DNA of 64,000 bases. It comes from Moniliella sp. 'wahieum' (taxonomy: Eukaryota). The stretch is from the NCBI GenBank assembly GCA_003971905.1, contig RSEE01000038.1, positions 496,001 to 560,000 of the forward strand, in the 5' to 3' direction. Numbering within the stretch: the stretch's first letter is position 1; every line of letters begins with the position of its first letter. This document shows, piece by piece, positions 61,151 through 64,000 of the stretch. Below the pieces are notes generated by a model, which made no database searches, was not told the origin of the DNA, and was given only the letters and a program-made list of their open reading frames with translations. The position numbers and the translations under genes are program-made.

Positions 61151-62828
61151 GTTTTGTCTATGCCCCCTTGTCCCTCTCTTATCCTTTTCTCCCACCGTTC
61201 TCGCCCGCATCAGGTCCCGACCCTGCGTTCGGTCAGAGATCGTGTATCATCCCCCTCCATCTTGCGCATCGCACGCCACACCTGTTTCCCGTCTACTGCG
61301 AGGGCCCGTTATCGTTCCCAGAGGCCTTCCACCCTTTATGTTCATACCCATGCTCCCCTCCTCCTCCTGTGCACTCCATCGCTGCCAGGACATTGAATTG
61401 CTTTGGGATATCGTGCCTGATCCTACCTTGTATGTTAAACGTGGTATGCGTGTGGGCTACGTGCATAGACAACAGATATGGCTGCACTACTAGACTGTTA
61501 CGCCAAAGATGCGCTCTCCAAAATACTTGCAAAACACTCTCGTATTATACGCCTCATCCCTTTTCCTCTCTCGTGTTCTCCTTTTTTTCGTTGCTGTGAG
61601 CGCACCAAAAACATCATTATGCCTCTGCACTTTGGGGGGCGTAACTCGGCCAGTGATGGATGAAAATGGCAAGACGACTACAAGTACCGGAGCTGGGACG
61701 GTGGGACAAACTTGACCAGGTTGGAAAGCTGGAGACCTGTTGGATCTGTTGGACTTGTGGGACCTGTTTTTGGACCCTCATCTCTCTTCCGCATCTAGTA
61801 CTGGGGTTTCATGTAATCACGTTCCTGGTGGTGGTTACCTGCCAATGATGTTGATGATCACCGGGAACCACCCATCATGGATCTGCGCATTCGCGGTGCC
61901 AAGCTGTCCCGGAATGACATGTGTCATGCAGGACATGAGCCTGGGCTTGAGCTTAATGCAACAGAGAGTAGACACGTAGACCCCAGAAGTCCATTGCATG
62001 ACGTCAACGTAGAACCAGGTGGCGCCGCCCTACGTCATGGGTGTTTCAACCTGTTTCAACTGGGAACATTAAATCTTGCAAGTTCCCCAAAGTAACAACT
62101 AGCTTCCGTAGTAGCATCTCCACCGCTGCTGCTTCTCGAGAATGCCAAAAGGCCCATTCCCCCTACTCAGGCCTCAAGATTCAATCCTCTCGATCCCTTT
62201 TATAACGCTGGTAATAGTGGGATCTAATTTCTGTATCGCAACACGGATATATGTCGACGCATGATTGAGATCCTCGATGTGGTGATCGGGCCAATGAGGG
62301 CGACCTGCCGCATCATCATTCCTCAGCATTCTCCTCCTCGCAGGCCTGACCCTGCGACAGTCCCGTGAAGCTTGAGTAGTCCGACTGCATGCTGGGTGGC
62401 AACAGGCTGAGACCATAGCTGCTGGCTTATTAGCTTTCCTCTTGAGCCGGCACACGTCGATCGTTCCACATTGCGCATCGCTGTGTGTGGTTTTGGAGCC
62501 TTGCGTCAAAGATGCCGATGTCATCGATATCCACATCTGGGATCTGAGGGCCCCACCAGGCCACACCAGTCATCGACTGCGCCTCGCGCCCAGCCCCAGC
62601 ACGGCCAGCACACCTTCACTGCGTCACACACCAACTGTTGTGTTGCTGTTCCACGGGCCCCCTCATCATAACCTCCAGCGTGGGCCCGTGCGCTTGGCAC
62701 GCTGAGAGCAGCCAGTCTCCGCCCGGGCTAAAAGGAGAATGACGAACGTCCCCACGCTTCCGATTCCCATCTTTACCCCCCTTTCTTCTTTTTCCCACCA
62801 ACCAAGTTCTGTCCCGCTTGCCATCACC

Positions 62829-63422
62829 ATGACCTCCCCCGGCCTCACATCGAACGACCAAGCGCTCGGCTTCCGCTCTTCCGACGTCCCCCACGCCCAG
62901 GCCCAACACGCGACTGGCACCGTTGAACAACGTCGACCAAGGCCAATACTACCCCTGCCCCACATGCTGCTGCAACCTCCCAGCACCACTCTCATGGTCT
63001 GCACCATGACCCTCCCTTAATGTCGATGTGATTGATCGGGGTGGAAAGCCGGTTGGTGCAGGAAGCCGAGAAGGATGCCGCTTCGGCCGGCCTGGCCGGC
63101 AGCACAAGGATCATCAAGCCCTTGCACCCGGGCGAACCAGAAACTGGTACGTTCTCTTCTCCCGGCCTTTGCCAAGTATATACATGTCCATATGGGACGA
63201 CTTGTCGCTGACCTACACCCCCCGCGCTCGTAGTCGTCAACGATCCCAACATCCCTGACAGCGCCAAGGATGCACCGTGGTTTGGTGTTCCTCCGGTAGA
63301 GGGGGTGCCGTTCAAGGATCAAGTCAAGGCCAACGCGCTCTACTACCGCGGCAAGGTGTTTTGACACGGACAAAGTTCAGCAAGCTGCCGCCGAACTCCG
63401 GGGGGACATTAGTGCGGAGTAG
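62829..63422 (+). CDS. Small hypothetical protein; intron 63147-63233; frameshifted
   Basis: CT-rich leader then ATG. The GTACGT..GCTGAC..TAG intron joins an open frame ...HPGEPETVVNDPNIPDSAKDAPWFGVPPVEGVPFKDQVKANALYYRGKVF, then DTDKVQQAAAELRGDISAE* after one indel. Confidence 0.55.
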
Positions 63423-64000
63423 CTAGGATCCGCTGCTCTACCAATTTCCTAAGCCGCTCGGATTCCTCAACCGATTTATTGGTACCTAGCTTGTTGACAT
63501 ATATGGATTGTTTGCCGCCCTCCACATGTCGCCCGCACCGGCCTTATTTTGCGTTGTGTTGTCATCCTCGGTTGAGTTGATCTCGGGCCTGGGCGCCGGA
63601 TCGCTTTCGATCGACTCTTCCCTGCAACCCCATTGTCATAGCATGAGATTCTAGATAGTGTATTACTCTTCACAGCACATGGAGGCAGGTGTGATCCATC
63701 TGGAACGCATCACTATAGGGCCGACGGCGCAGAATGGCGAGGAAAGAGGAGAGCGCCGGGGCATATATGTGGTGGTACAACAGCAAAAAGCTGAGGAAGG
63801 GCGGGGCGGACGGGGAGGGGGTACTATGGCTTGTAACTGCGATGTGTCCGTTGATACAAAGCTCCAATCCAAGATCCACAGAGACGAAGGTCTTGGTAGA
63901 GAGAAGGTGAACGCGGGGAGGAAAACGGAGCCAACTCGAAAAGGCATGATGCGGCGGTGGGGCTTATTTCATGATGTTTTTTTTCAAGACGGGTGAGGCC

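Noticed and set aside
61650..62600. Fragmentary ORFs and a 9-bp GGACCTGTT-like repeat
   Set aside because: No recognisable motif or consistent frame, so a call cannot be supported.

Overview
GC-rich fungal nuclear DNA, most consistent with a basidiomycete of the Ustilaginomycotina type. This rests on the short GT..CTRAC..AG introns and the gene repertoire, so the taxon is an inference. Nearly every gene, including the essential HSP90 and UBA1, is broken by scattered small indels. This points to an unpolished long-read assembly rather than pseudogenes, so CDS ends are approximate and single-base oddities need read-level checking. Genes in order: CUE-domain protein, FN3-like/coiled-coil protein, 2H cyclic phosphodiesterase, tRNA-Thr(CGT), XPG/FEN1-family nuclease, catalase, an LTR-relic patch, an orphan membrane protein, Cid1-type nucleotidyltransferase, ABCC transporter, CSN2, a divergent HD1/bE-like homeodomain gene in a gene-poor island, an intron-containing tRNA with a Val-like body but a CCC anticodon, HSP90, UBA1, a tandem LTR-internal-LTR-internal-LTR mini-retroelement with a 5-bp TSD, a C2H2 transcription factor, a long protein with about 17 F-x-P-A repeats, a Ran1/Ksp1-type kinase, G6PD, a SUR7/PalI protein and a small spliced gene. 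The most notable items are the partnerless HD1-like gene, the F-x-P-A repeat protein, the tandem TRIM-like element and the anticodon/body-discordant tRNA.
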